Assembly (NCBI GenBank): GCA_048939765.1
Contig: JBHLPF010000003.1
Span: 1-64,000, forward strand
Direction: 5' to 3'
DNA length: 64,000 bases
DNA from: Promethearchaeota archaeon
GTDB taxonomy: Archaea; Asgardarchaeota; Thorarchaeia; Thorarchaeales; Thorarchaeaceae
Both the position numbers and the translations under genes were made by a program. Every line of letters starts with the position of its first letter. Position 1 is the stretch's first letter. The notes under the pieces were generated by a model that ran no database searches, was not told the DNA's origin, and saw nothing but the letters and a program-made list of their open reading frames with translations. Shown in pieces: positions 28,374 to 37,624 of the stretch.

Positions 28374-30554
28374 ATGAAAAGAAAACCAGTGCTACTTTCA
28401 CTCATGCTGGTCCTCATAGTAATGAATATGGGACCACTAGATACTCAAAAGATCACAAGTTTTGCAATTGAACATGAGGCTATCGAATATCCTATAGTAG
28501 CACAAACACCACAAAACATCAGCTCATACTTAGACTTCTCATATGCCGCAGGCAGCTCTTTGATAGATAACCTAGTCAATGTAGATGATGGCAGAGTCTT
28601 TCACGAAGGAGACTCTGAATGGAATTATATTTCGAATGACTCTACTCTTGCCGATTATTATTGGGCAATCTCTGCACTGAGTAAGATCTACAATAAAACC
28701 GGTAATGCGACTTTATTTACGGTAATCGGGAAGATAGCTGCAAAAATGGTCGAGATATTCATGGATCCAGTATACCCAGGATTCTACATCAACACTTGGT
28801 CACCTACAATTATTACTCAGACCAAGAGAGCTGGAATTCAAGCTTATGCGTACAAAGCACTTGTACTGGCAGAGTCTATTGACCCCGCACTCGATTTTAC
28901 AGCGGAGAAGCAGAGTGCTATCAAATGCCTGACTGACATATTGTATGACTCAGAGAATGGAGGTTTCTATTTCTACACATTGCGTAATGGTTCACTAGAC
29001 ATTCCCTCTTACATTGACGAGGTGTATCCCGCAGATGGGAAAAGACTGGATCACCTTGCGTTGGGCATATCCGCTCTTTATGATGCTGGTGAATCAACCG
29101 GGAATGCCACTCTAATTACAATGGCTAATCGGTCATTGGATTTCATGATTAGATATATGCCATACATCAATGAGACCAATCACAATTTTGGAATGCGATT
29201 AGCTGTAAATAGAACTGGTGGAGAACCGGTCATCAATGAGATAGAGAGACCAGCGAGAACTGTTGTGACAGATATCAATGCAATTGCGATAAGGGCGCTG
29301 TTGCGGGGATATCAAATAACAGGCAACACAACATTTCTTGATTGCGCTGAAGAAACATTCTATGCAGTATTGAACCATAATTGGGATCAATCATACGGTG
29401 CATGGTTTGCTGAAACACTGGATGGGAATCCATATGATCCCCTTGACGATGAGGATGTGAAGTGGTACAAGTACTCAGAAACTCAATTCCAAATGGTTCT
29501 GACTCTTGAAGACCTCTATGAAGTTACATCCAACACATTCTTCATTCAGCTCACCATAGATACATTGGACATAGTCATTGCCAGGCTATGGGATGTAGAA
29601 CATGGTGGGTTTTTCCAAAATAGTGACAGAGAGGGATATGTATACTCTGAAGAGTGGGAGATTCATATCGCTGCAGTTCAAGGTCTCGGAGTCCTAGCTC
29701 TTGAACGCATTTGGTCATTTGGGCTTCCAATCATCTCATATGTGCGAGTAACACCTACAAATCCACGACCTACGGACAATATCACAATTCTTGTGTCAGC
29801 ATCCGATGCCGATGGAATTGACACAGTCTTTGCGAATATGTCAATAGAGTACGAAACTGGACAAACTAATATCTCCATTGTCCCAATTCCTGAAAATTCT
29901 GAACTTCTTGGCACTTTCAATATCACCATTGACCCATTTCCTGATGGCACTAGGGTCAATTTTGTTGTCTTTGCAAACGACACTCTAGGCAATGTCTTCA
30001 TAGCTGGCAATTATTTCTTCGACGTGAAGTTGGACATCTATGAGCCAGTGGTGTTATTGTGGAAGACATATCCATCTGATGAAATCTTGGCAGGTGAAGA
30101 AGTATTCATTGAGTTTGGAATATACGAATATCCAGTTCACAGCATCATAATATCGTGCCAATTATTTTGGAAGGTCAATGATGGAGTTTACACACCGCTG
30201 AATATGACCTGGTACGATGTTGATGGCGAATACATGCTTTGGCTGGTGGATATAGGCCATTTCGATGGTGGTGATGTTGTTTCGTTTTATTGCCTGGCTG
30301 TCGATGAGTCCCAAAATGTCGGGGAAAGTGCGTTCTATAGATTGACCATACTTTCAGCAAGACCAGTTTCACCTGGGGTGGCATGGCAAACCCTTGCTGC
30401 TGTGGGGCTTGTCATTGCACCTGGAATTGGATATGGCTTTACGAGATTGCGGAGGGAAAGGGCTCTGAATACTCAGCGAATACTAAAGAAAGAAGCACGA
30501 AAACGATCTACAAAGAAGCGACCTAGAAAAAGGCGTTCATCAAGGAGTGACTAG
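28374..30554 (+). CDS. Secreted membrane-anchored (alpha/alpha)6-barrel protein (AGE/YyaL/GH-like) with Ig-like domains
   Basis: Signal peptide, repeated helical units ending in DxxxxGF/GAW (DPVYPGFY, DSENGGFY, DQSYGAW, DVEHGGFF), beta-rich repeats, and a C-terminal TM with a basic tail. Confidence 0.55.
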   Translation: MKRKPVLLSLMLVLIVMNMGPLDTQKITSFAIEHEAIEYPIVAQTPQNISSYLDFSYAAGSSLIDNLVNVDDGRVFHEGDSEWNYISNDSTLADYYWAISALSKIYNKTGNATLFTVIGKIAAKMVEIFMDPVYPGFYINTWSPTIITQTKRAGIQAYAYKALVLAESIDPALDFTAEKQSAIKCLTDILYDSENGGFYFYTLRNGSLDIPSYIDEVYPADGKRLDHLALGISALYDAGESTGNATLITMANRSLDFMIRYMPYINETNHNFGMRLAVNRTGGEPVINEIERPARTVVTDINAIAIRALLRGYQITGNTTFLDCAEETFYAVLNHNWDQSYGAWFAETLDGNPYDPLDDEDVKWYKYSETQFQMVLTLEDLYEVTSNTFFIQLTIDTLDIVIARLWDVEHGGFFQNSDREGYVYSEEWEIHIAAVQGLGVLALERIWSFGLPIISYVRVTPTNPRPTDNITILVSASDADGIDTVFANMSIEYETGQTNISIVPIPENSELLGTFNITIDPFPDGTRVNFVVFANDTLGNVFIAGNYFFDVKLDIYEPVVLLWKTYPSDEILAGEEVFIEFGIYEYPVHSIIISCQLFWKVNDGVYTPLNMTWYDVDGEYMLWLVDIGHFDGGDVVSFYCLAVDESQNVGESAFYRLTILSARPVSPGVAWQTLAAVGLVIAPGIGYGFTRLRRERALNTQRILKKEARKRSTKKRPRKRRSSRSD

Positions 30555-30571
30555 ACGAGGAGGAACACTAG

Positions 30572-32641
30572 ATGGATCTTGGTACAATACTACTAATGCT
30601 GGCTATCATTGCCGGCGCTACGGACATAGTACTTCTTCTAATTGGTCCGAGGATTAAGAACTACGATGTGATATCAGTCATTCTGACATCAGTGGGTTGT
30701 CTGTCTGCATTAGGTGCATTGTTCTGGATGGGCGGCCTGATATTCTCGAACCAGTTTCAGTATGAGTATGTCTATGTCACAACCAATATTGAGGCTCCTT
30801 GGTATATCAAGCTCTCCGCATTATGGGCAGGCCAATCTGGGTCATTGCTATTCTGGACTGTTATTTCATTTCTATTGCTTGTCACCTATCGTATTATTCT
30901 ACGAGGATATGAGGATGATACAATCGTATACAGAGGTGCAATTCTACTGACCCTTCAGACTATTCTAATCGGAATCAATGCTTTAGCTTCTGATCCATTC
31001 AGACCATTTCTAGGTGCGACTCCATCCGATGGCATGGGGCTCAATCCTCTGCTCAGCACTATTTGGAATGTCATTCATCCACCTATTGTGTTCATTGCCT
31101 ACGCAATTGCGGTGATTCCCTTCTCAGTGAAGCTCGCTGGATACACAGTACGTTCAGATGAGCGCAACGCTGAGCCCATTCCTGTGTTGGATTCGCTCAC
31201 TCGATTTATGACAGTTGCCTCATGGCTCTTGCTCTCACTTGGCATAGCTATTGGTGGCTATTGGGCATACATTGTCCTGGGGTGGGGAGGGTATTGGGCA
31301 TGGGATCCAGTCGAGACTACCTCGCTAGTTCCATGGCTACTCCTTACAGCATACTTTCATGCGAAAGCAATTTTCAAGAATAATGATGTCTTGAGAGATT
31401 CATTTCTAGTCTTTGCCTATGTGACGGTTATCTATGCAACATGGGTCACAAGAAGTGGAGTTCTAAACTCGGTGCATGGATTCTCTATTAGTTTGGTTAG
31501 CTGGACCATGTTTGCCACAGTCGTATTCAATTTCCTATTGGCAACTGTACTCACCATTAGGGCAGGGTATATCGACATGGCTGAGGATGAGGACGACCAA
31601 GGATCGAGCTTCTTTTCGCTCTCGAATCTTCGAGATTTCTCATTAAAGATTGCACTGATAGGCATCTTGGTGATACTGACCACCTCGGTGTCGGGCGTTG
31701 TGCTGCCCGCAGCGATTAATCTCGTTGGAGCTATTACGGACCCATCAGGATATACTGGCAATATGGTATCGATAGGAATAGAGTTCTTTAGAGCTGGATT
31801 TTACGCTGGTTCCTTGCTCTTGATTATATCTGCATTCTATTGCATGAGAAGCACAATTCTGAGAGCGAAAATGAAGGCGATTGGCATTCTTGCTCTTCTT
31901 GGAGTTGGTGGAGCCCTCGCTGTTTTGACAATTACAACTAATCAAGCTCTCCCCACATATTACTGGCAAGCCAACGCATTAATTCCTGTTGCTGTTTTTG
32001 CATTAGGATACCTTATTGTGGCATTCGCTCGAACCATGGCGGGAAAGGAAGGTGGTGCATTCACAATGCGAAGAATGGGACGCCTCATGCTTCATCTTGG
32101 CCTAATCGTGCTGCTTCTGGGAGTTTTTCTAAGTGAAAATGTGGTAATTAGTCAAACCAACACGTATCTCACAGATCAATCGTATGAACTGGGCTCCTCA
32201 GGAATAACAGTTGGAGTGAGAGATATCAACCTGGTGTATTGGAATAACGAGTATGATTTCGAATTGCGAGTAGTAATCTTGGTGACAGAAGGAAACTCAG
32301 CCTGGTTGGGACTCATAGTTGTCAATGGAAATCCGCAATGGCAATCACTGATACAGGATGTTTACGTGCAGACTACAGCTCTTCGGGATGTATTTGTGTC
32401 GCTCCGGACGTTTGACCAAGTTGCTCCCATGGCTTATAGCGTAGAACTTCAAGCGAAGATTCTTCCACTCGTGACCTTTGTATGGTTAGGAGCCTTCCTA
32501 ATGATAATGGCTCTGCTTCCATTAAGTGCCATGGAGCTCTCTAGCTTGAGAAAAGCCCTCAAGGAAAAGCAAGAGGACCTCTATGGCCCTATAGAGGATG
32601 ACATCGAAGAGGAAATTCCGATATCCGCAGAAAATGAATGA
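30572..32641 (+). CDS. ccmF: Cytochrome c maturation heme lyase CcmF
   Basis: WAGQSGSLLFW, GMGLNPLL, HPP, WWD motif WAYIVLGWGGYWAWDPVE, TRSG..SVH, and HLG. Confidence 0.95.
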   Translation: MDLGTILLMLAIIAGATDIVLLLIGPRIKNYDVISVILTSVGCLSALGALFWMGGLIFSNQFQYEYVYVTTNIEAPWYIKLSALWAGQSGSLLFWTVISFLLLVTYRIILRGYEDDTIVYRGAILLTLQTILIGINALASDPFRPFLGATPSDGMGLNPLLSTIWNVIHPPIVFIAYAIAVIPFSVKLAGYTVRSDERNAEPIPVLDSLTRFMTVASWLLLSLGIAIGGYWAYIVLGWGGYWAWDPVETTSLVPWLLLTAYFHAKAIFKNNDVLRDSFLVFAYVTVIYATWVTRSGVLNSVHGFSISLVSWTMFATVVFNFLLATVLTIRAGYIDMAEDEDDQGSSFFSLSNLRDFSLKIALIGILVILTTSVSGVVLPAAINLVGAITDPSGYTGNMVSIGIEFFRAGFYAGSLLLIISAFYCMRSTILRAKMKAIGILALLGVGGALAVLTITTNQALPTYYWQANALIPVAVFALGYLIVAFARTMAGKEGGAFTMRRMGRLMLHLGLIVLLLGVFLSENVVISQTNTYLTDQSYELGSSGITVGVRDINLVYWNNEYDFELRVVILVTEGNSAWLGLIVVNGNPQWQSLIQDVYVQTTALRDVFVSLRTFDQVAPMAYSVELQAKILPLVTFVWLGAFLMIMALLPLSAMELSSLRKALKEKQEDLYGPIEDDIEEEIPISAENE

Positions 32642-32664
32642 TAACGTTCACAATATTGCACTCT

Positions 32665-32710
32665 ATGCCACTAAACCGTCTATTCTAGTGGCATTCATTT
32701 TCTTCTTTCT
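32665..32710 (+). terminator. Hairpin terminator after ccmF
   Basis: ATGCCACTA...TAGTGGCAT 9-bp inverted repeat followed by a pyrimidine-rich run. Confidence 0.55.
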
Positions 32711-32783
32711 TATAGGGAAACTTATGAGATAGGGTTACAATTTGAATTTCTCGTCGGCTTTGTAGCTCGCTGGAGGTTTCAAA

Positions 32784-33416
32784 ATGGCAAAGGTTGTGGG
32801 TATTTCAGGTAGTAATAGACAAGGCGGCAACACATCCACTCTCGTAGAACTTGCCCTCGACGCCGCACGGGAGTATGGTGTAGAAACCGAGTTTATTGAG
32901 CTCGCCGATTTTGAAATACTGCCATGCAGGCATTTCCTCAAATGCTATGAATCGGGGCGGTGTAGTCAAGATGATGACTTGAATCCCATTATTGAGAAGA
33001 TGTATGACGCGCACGGAATAATATTCGGCTCTCCAGTACACTATGCCAGCGTTACATCTCAGATGAAGAACTTCATGGATCGTGTCGGTCGGTTTGCTCA
33101 TCTTGAGGGTAAGGTAGGCGCTGCTCTTGCGGTTGCAAGAAAATCTGGGGCAGACATCGCTCTCAACCAAATGCTCTTTTTCATGCTTGTCAAGGAGATG
33201 ATTGTTCCTGGCGGTGTTTCTTGGCCAATAGGATTCGCTATGAATGTAGGTGACATCAGAAGTGATATGGAGGCCATGCGGATGGCGCAACAGATGGGCA
33301 GACGTGTGGCATTTCTATCTGATTTGGTGGCCAAAATCCCCGTTCCATGGCACTATGAACCCCGTCCTAAGGATGAGAAGTCGAGATTTGGGGACGAATG
33401 GAAGACTTCTGACTAA
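32784..33416 (+). CDS. Iron-sulfur flavoprotein (Isf)/flavodoxin-like protein
   Basis: GISGSNR..GNT, PCxxFxxCx5C..DD and IIFGSPVH...MKNFMDR. Confidence 0.85.
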   Translation: MAKVVGISGSNRQGGNTSTLVELALDAAREYGVETEFIELADFEILPCRHFLKCYESGRCSQDDDLNPIIEKMYDAHGIIFGSPVHYASVTSQMKNFMDRVGRFAHLEGKVGAALAVARKSGADIALNQMLFFMLVKEMIVPGGVSWPIGFAMNVGDIRSDMEAMRMAQQMGRRVAFLSDLVAKIPVPWHYEPRPKDEKSRFGDEWKTSD

Positions 33417-33802
33417 GGAGTCGCAGGTTCGTATTTGCTTGGACATTGAGCAAGTATATCATGAGCTCGAATCAGAAGTTGTTCGCCTTCTTCGAGAAAT
33501 CCAATAGCGACCATATCTTGTCCGTCGGTCAAAGTTGGAAGCTCACTTTCCACCATGACAAGAATCGTATGATTATCTCCAGCGAGAACAAGAGTAATGT
33601 TGTCGGCCGTGATGGATATTGAACCATTCTGGAGTTTTCCTTTTACCTGAATTGTACGCCCCATGAATTGATCGGGATTCTCCACAACTGCATCTACGCT
33701 GATGTACGGATCCACGAAGAAGTTGAGCATTCCATATGCGACGAAACCAACTACTACGACCAGAACGCCTGCGATTAGTAGCATGCGTGTTTTCTTCTTC
33801 AC
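33413..33802 (-). CDS. ccmE: Heme chaperone CcmE, Cys-type (system I*)
   Basis: N-terminal TM, OB-fold-like region and C-terminal CPSKY in place of HxxxY. Confidence 0.92.
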   Translation of the reverse strand: MKKKTRMLLIAGVLVVVVGFVAYGMLNFFVDPYISVDAVVENPDQFMGRTIQVKGKLQNGSISITADNITLVLAGDNHTILVMVESELPTLTDGQDMVAIGFLEEGEQLLIRAHDILAQCPSKYEPATP

Positions 33803-33808
33803 CGGTTC

Positions 33809-34195
33809 TCACTCCGTATTCGTATCTCCAACTAGCAATGCGACGGACTCCTCAATGCCTGCAATCGCAAATATCTGCCAAAGCAGCATGATAAACACTC
33901 CAGCCCAGACAACTATTGCCATCGGAAATAGTGGAATTTGCACCCAGAAGATTAGCCCTGCGAGCAAGACCACCACACCGACCAATTCTAGGATGAAGGC
34001 CACAATGACAATCACCTCGTTTGGCATCTTAGGAAGTCCAACACTCTGCTCGCCTGCAGAGGATAGCATTACCATCGTCTTGTTGATTCCATTGATTCTA
34101 ATGAACAGCCAGAAAAGCAAGGAAAAAGTCCCTACCCATAGTATGACGGCCACAGTGAATAACTCGTTTGAAAGGATGATTTCTGGTGACTGCAT
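33809..34195 (-). CDS. Small three-TM membrane protein in the ccmD position
   Basis: Lies between ccmC and ccmE. The N-terminal TM 'VILWVGTFSLLFWLFIRI' is CcmD-like, followed by two more TMs. Confidence 0.55.
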   Translation of the reverse strand: MQSPEIILSNELFTVAVILWVGTFSLLFWLFIRINGINKTMVMLSSAGEQSVGLPKMPNEVIVIVAFILELVGVVVLLAGLIFWVQIPLFPMAIVVWAGVFIMLLWQIFAIAGIEESVALLVGDTNTE

Positions 34196-34196
34196 T

Positions 34197-34868
34197 CTAC
34201 TCACTCCTCTGCATCCGCAGTTCCATTAGTTTTTCACTGACCAAGTCTATTCTGTAGGTTAACTCGAGAATCAGAAAATAGACTAGTCCAATAGCAATGA
34301 GACTAACCATCAGAGTCATTCCGTGTTCTATTCCCATCTGTAATCCTTCGCCAGTAATTACAATTGGATGCAGAGTCTCCCATACTCGAATTGAGATGTA
34401 ACTAAGAATGACTGCTGGAAAGGCTATGATTCCAAAGATTGAGCCGAACTGTGCTCGTACATCTCGGTCACTGACTGATGCTCGATACGCAATCAGACAT
34501 GCATACGCTATCCATAGGATCAACGTGGTCGTTTCTCTTGGGTCCCAGTTCCAATACACACCCCAAGATGCATTGGCCCAAATCATCCCGCTAAGCAATG
34601 TGATGGTTGTGAAGACGAGGCCAATCTTAATCGATGCGGCACCGACCAGGTCGTAGCGTAGGTCTTGCTTCCAGAGATACATGACTCCGCAGACCAGCGT
34701 CACACCAAATGCGAGGTAGCCAACAAGCGCTGGAGCGACATGCTGAAAGAAGATTCTGATCCTCTCCCCAAGATTCACTTCTGGCGGTGCGAAAACCCAT
34801 ACCATATAGAGGTAGAGGAAGGTGATTATCAGTGATAGAATATACATCACCATTCGTTTTGTATTCAC
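34197..34868 (-). CDS. ccmC: Heme exporter/handling protein CcmC
   Basis: RIFFQHVA, WWD motif WANASWGVYWNWDPRETT and TLHP. Confidence 0.95.
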   Translation of the reverse strand: MNTKRMVMYILSLIITFLYLYMVWVFAPPEVNLGERIRIFFQHVAPALVGYLAFGVTLVCGVMYLWKQDLRYDLVGAASIKIGLVFTTITLLSGMIWANASWGVYWNWDPRETTTLILWIAYACLIAYRASVSDRDVRAQFGSIFGIIAFPAVILSYISIRVWETLHPIVITGEGLQMGIEHGMTLMVSLIAIGLVYFLILELTYRIDLVSEKLMELRMQRSE

Positions 34869-34938
34869 TTCTTCACATCCCTTTCTGGGCCGGCTCGAAG
34901 AAACACATCAATATGAACATTATGATTGGAGTTCAGTT

Positions 34939-35661
34939 TCAGGCTGAAAGCGTGAACTGAAAGACAGCAGCTGATAGCAGCACCATGGCAAAGACGTGTC
35001 CAGATAAGAGGAACAGCAGTTCAACAATTCCTGGTCCTACAAATGGAATTCCAATGGCCAGCATCCTCGTGATTTCCACTAGCAGAATCAGAGCTGTCGT
35101 GGCGGTTGGAAAGTAGACTATGGGGTACACGGTTGCCTTTGATTCAGCAGGCATTGTTAGTGCAGATGCCATAGCTCCAACTGCAGCCAAGTCCAATGTT
35201 CCTAGAATGAATGTTATTAGGATGAAGAGCGGTGACATCCCCGGGGCAAATGAAAAGCCGAGAAGACCCATGGCGATTGGAACCAGGAATACCTCAACCA
35301 GTCCCATCAGCATGAACCCGTAGATGACTTTCCCCAGATACACTGACCATCCTGGTATTGGAGCAAGAGACAATCCCTTTAGAGTTCCAGTTTCTGACTC
35401 GGAGATGAATACTGGCGAGAAGCCAAACATACCAGTGAAGAACACGACCACCCATAGCATTCCGCTTCCTATCTCCGTCATTACTTGGAGTCTGGCGGCA
35501 GGGTCTGGAATGATAAATGTGGAAGAACTAAGCACGAGACCCAGAACAAAGACCGCGATGATGGCAAACAAAAACATCGAAAATGCTTCAAATCGCTTTC
35601 TCATTTGAGTGACCAGATCTTTCTTCGCGATTGCCAGCGCATATGATAGGCCAGACCCCAT
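34939..35661 (-). CDS. ccmB: Heme exporter membrane subunit CcmB
   Basis: IAKKDL, ESETGTLKGLSLAP and YLGK. Six TMs, located between ccmA and ccmC. Likely start MGSGL follows a GAGGTGA RBS. Confidence 0.88.
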   Translation of the reverse strand: MGSGLSYALAIAKKDLVTQMRKRFEAFSMFLFAIIAVFVLGLVLSSSTFIIPDPAARLQVMTEIGSGMLWVVVFFTGMFGFSPVFISESETGTLKGLSLAPIPGWSVYLGKVIYGFMLMGLVEVFLVPIAMGLLGFSFAPGMSPLFILITFILGTLDLAAVGAMASALTMPAESKATVYPIVYFPTATTALILLVEITRMLAIGIPFVGPGIVELLFLLSGHVFAMVLLSAAVFQFTLSA

Positions 35662-35671
35662 TCTATTCACC

Positions 35672-36346
35672 TCATATGTTTCCATCAAATTCCGAGATCG
35701 GCCCTTGACCTATGATCTCACCTTTTCTCAACGTTATGAAATCATCACACATTTCTGTTCCCAGTGCCAGATTGTGTGTCGTTAGAATCGCTGTTCTATC
35801 ATTCCGCTTTGAATCAATGTAGTTTCTGAACACCTCGGTAGAGTCCTTATCGAGACCTGAGAAGGGTTCATCAAGCAAGAACAATTCAGGGTCATGCAAT
35901 AGACTTCTGATAATATCGAATCTCTTTCTTAGTCCCGTGGATAGGATCTTTGTTGGTTCATCCAACCATGGCTTAACATCAAACTGCTCCGCTAGGTCTT
36001 CGATAGTGGTACTAGATGTATCATCATCTAGATCGTAAAGGTCAGAGTAGAATTTCAGATTCTCCCTACCAGTCAACTCACCGTATAGTAGAGGCTTGTC
36101 ACCGACAACACCAATCCTTCTTCTTACCTCAATTGGCTCCTCCTCAGTATCATATCCAAAGACCTTCACACTGCCTGCGTGTGGCTGAAGGAGAGTAGAT
36201 ATGACTCGCATAAGCGTGGTTTTTCCTGCGCCATTATTCCCAAATAGTGCGTGAACGCCGCCGATTGGGACATTGAACGAGATGTCCTTCAAAGCTACTC
36301 TATAGCCATAGCGTCGAGTCAGTCCGTCAACTTGTATAGATACCAT
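35672..36346 (-). CDS. ccmA: Heme exporter ATP-binding protein CcmA
   Basis: GNNGAGKTT, LSTG, LLDEPFSGLD and TTH, immediately upstream of ccmB. Likely start is MVSIQV because the longer ORF overlaps the opposite-strand gene. Confidence 0.88.
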   Translation of the reverse strand: MVSIQVDGLTRRYGYRVALKDISFNVPIGGVHALFGNNGAGKTTLMRVISTLLQPHAGSVKVFGYDTEEEPIEVRRRIGVVGDKPLLYGELTGRENLKFYSDLYDLDDDTSSTTIEDLAEQFDVKPWLDEPTKILSTGLRKRFDIIRSLLHDPELFLLDEPFSGLDKDSTEVFRNYIDSKRNDRTAILTTHNLALGTEMCDDFITLRKGEIIGQGPISEFDGNI

Positions 36347-36418
36347 TTGGAGTGCCTCACACGGGTCAATGTGGGAGCACCCAACCCTTTTTTTAGTCTG
36401 ACGGATGCGCCGTAGGCT

Positions 36419-37618
36419 ATGGCTGAGAACTCCTATGACGTTATAGTCGTGGGTGCAGGTCCCGCTGGCTGCACAGCTGCCACAGTAGTTGCCGCCGCTG
36501 GCTTTAAGACTCTTGTAGTTGACAGAAGGAGGGAGATAGGAGTTCCAATCCACTGTGGTGAGTTCTTACCGACCCCAGGAGAGATGCGTGACCTATTGCG
36601 TGATTCTCCGAGAGCATCACGACTTGTCGATATCCCCAACCATCTCATTACAAATCGGACAAACCGATTGATGCTTGCTTCCCCATTGAGTCACAAGTTC
36701 TACTTCAAACTTGATGCCCATGTGATTGACCGGACACGCTTCGATCAGCATATTGCAGGCAAGGCTCGAGATGCTGGTGCTGAGTTCGTTCTTGAGTCAA
36801 CAGTCATCGAGCGAACCAAAACGAATCGACTCATCATTAGGCAGAAAGGTGAGAATTCTGAGTTGAATGCTCGTGTAGTAATAGGCGCTGATGGACCAAG
36901 TTCGCTCATTGCTAAGTCCATGGGCAATCACTATCACAGTCCCGGAAGAGACCTCTGTCCTTCCTTGAATTACGTTGTTGCTGATATTGAATGTGACTCG
37001 AAAACTACCGAGATGTATTTCGGAAACAATGTTGCTCCAGGAGGGTACTCATGGATTATTCCCAAGGGAAACGACACGGCGAATGTGGGCTTTGGGATGC
37101 GACGACCATTCGGAGCGCCTGGAGTTTCATTGAAGCAATATCTTCGAAGATTCATGGAGTTTCATCCTCTCGTTTCTCCGCGCACCAAGAACTCCACGAT
37201 TGTATCTAGAGTCGGAGCCATCATTCCTGTCGGAGGGCCAGTTGACAGAACGTGTTCTGATAATGCAGTTCTTGTTGGGGATGCGGCTGGTCATGTGATG
37301 GCGTCAAACGGTGGAGGGATTCCGACTGCTCTTGTAGGTGGGGAGATCGCCGGAGAGTCGGTCGTCAGTAACTTGATAGATGGAACTCCGTTGTCATCCT
37401 TTGAGCATCAATGGAGAAGGGAGATCGGGAATGAGCTCTATGCTGCGTTAAGGATTCTCCGCATAGCTGATCAAGTGATGCCCTCTGACAGAATAACCGA
37501 TCAATGCATGCGTCTTGCTGGCTCCAGATACCTCAAGCATCTGATTCGATGTAGGCTTCCTGCCCCTGTCGATTTTGCCTCAAAGACACTTGTGAGAGTA
37601 CTGAGTGTCTTGGAATGA
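36419..37618 (+). CDS. Geranylgeranyl reductase family FAD-dependent prenyl reductase
   Basis: GAGPAG, IDRTRFD, GADG, PGGYSWIIP, ANVG and LVGDAAG...GGGI. Confidence 0.9.
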   Translation: MAENSYDVIVVGAGPAGCTAATVVAAAGFKTLVVDRRREIGVPIHCGEFLPTPGEMRDLLRDSPRASRLVDIPNHLITNRTNRLMLASPLSHKFYFKLDAHVIDRTRFDQHIAGKARDAGAEFVLESTVIERTKTNRLIIRQKGENSELNARVVIGADGPSSLIAKSMGNHYHSPGRDLCPSLNYVVADIECDSKTTEMYFGNNVAPGGYSWIIPKGNDTANVGFGMRRPFGAPGVSLKQYLRRFMEFHPLVSPRTKNSTIVSRVGAIIPVGGPVDRTCSDNAVLVGDAAGHVMASNGGGIPTALVGGEIAGESVVSNLIDGTPLSSFEHQWRREIGNELYAALRILRIADQVMPSDRITDQCMRLAGSRYLKHLIRCRLPAPVDFASKTLVRVLSVLE

Positions 37619-37624
37619 TTTTAG

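Noticed and set aside
30480-30554. KKRPRKRR tail resembling a nuclear localisation signal
   Set aside because: Basic residues after a C-terminal TM are explained by the positive-inside rule, and there is no evidence for more.
36347-36553. Cys-rich N-terminal extension of CcmA (CGSCAASGTC) in the ORF track
   Set aside because: It overlaps the opposite-strand GGR gene start (the antisense of GAGPAG). The real start is more likely 36346.
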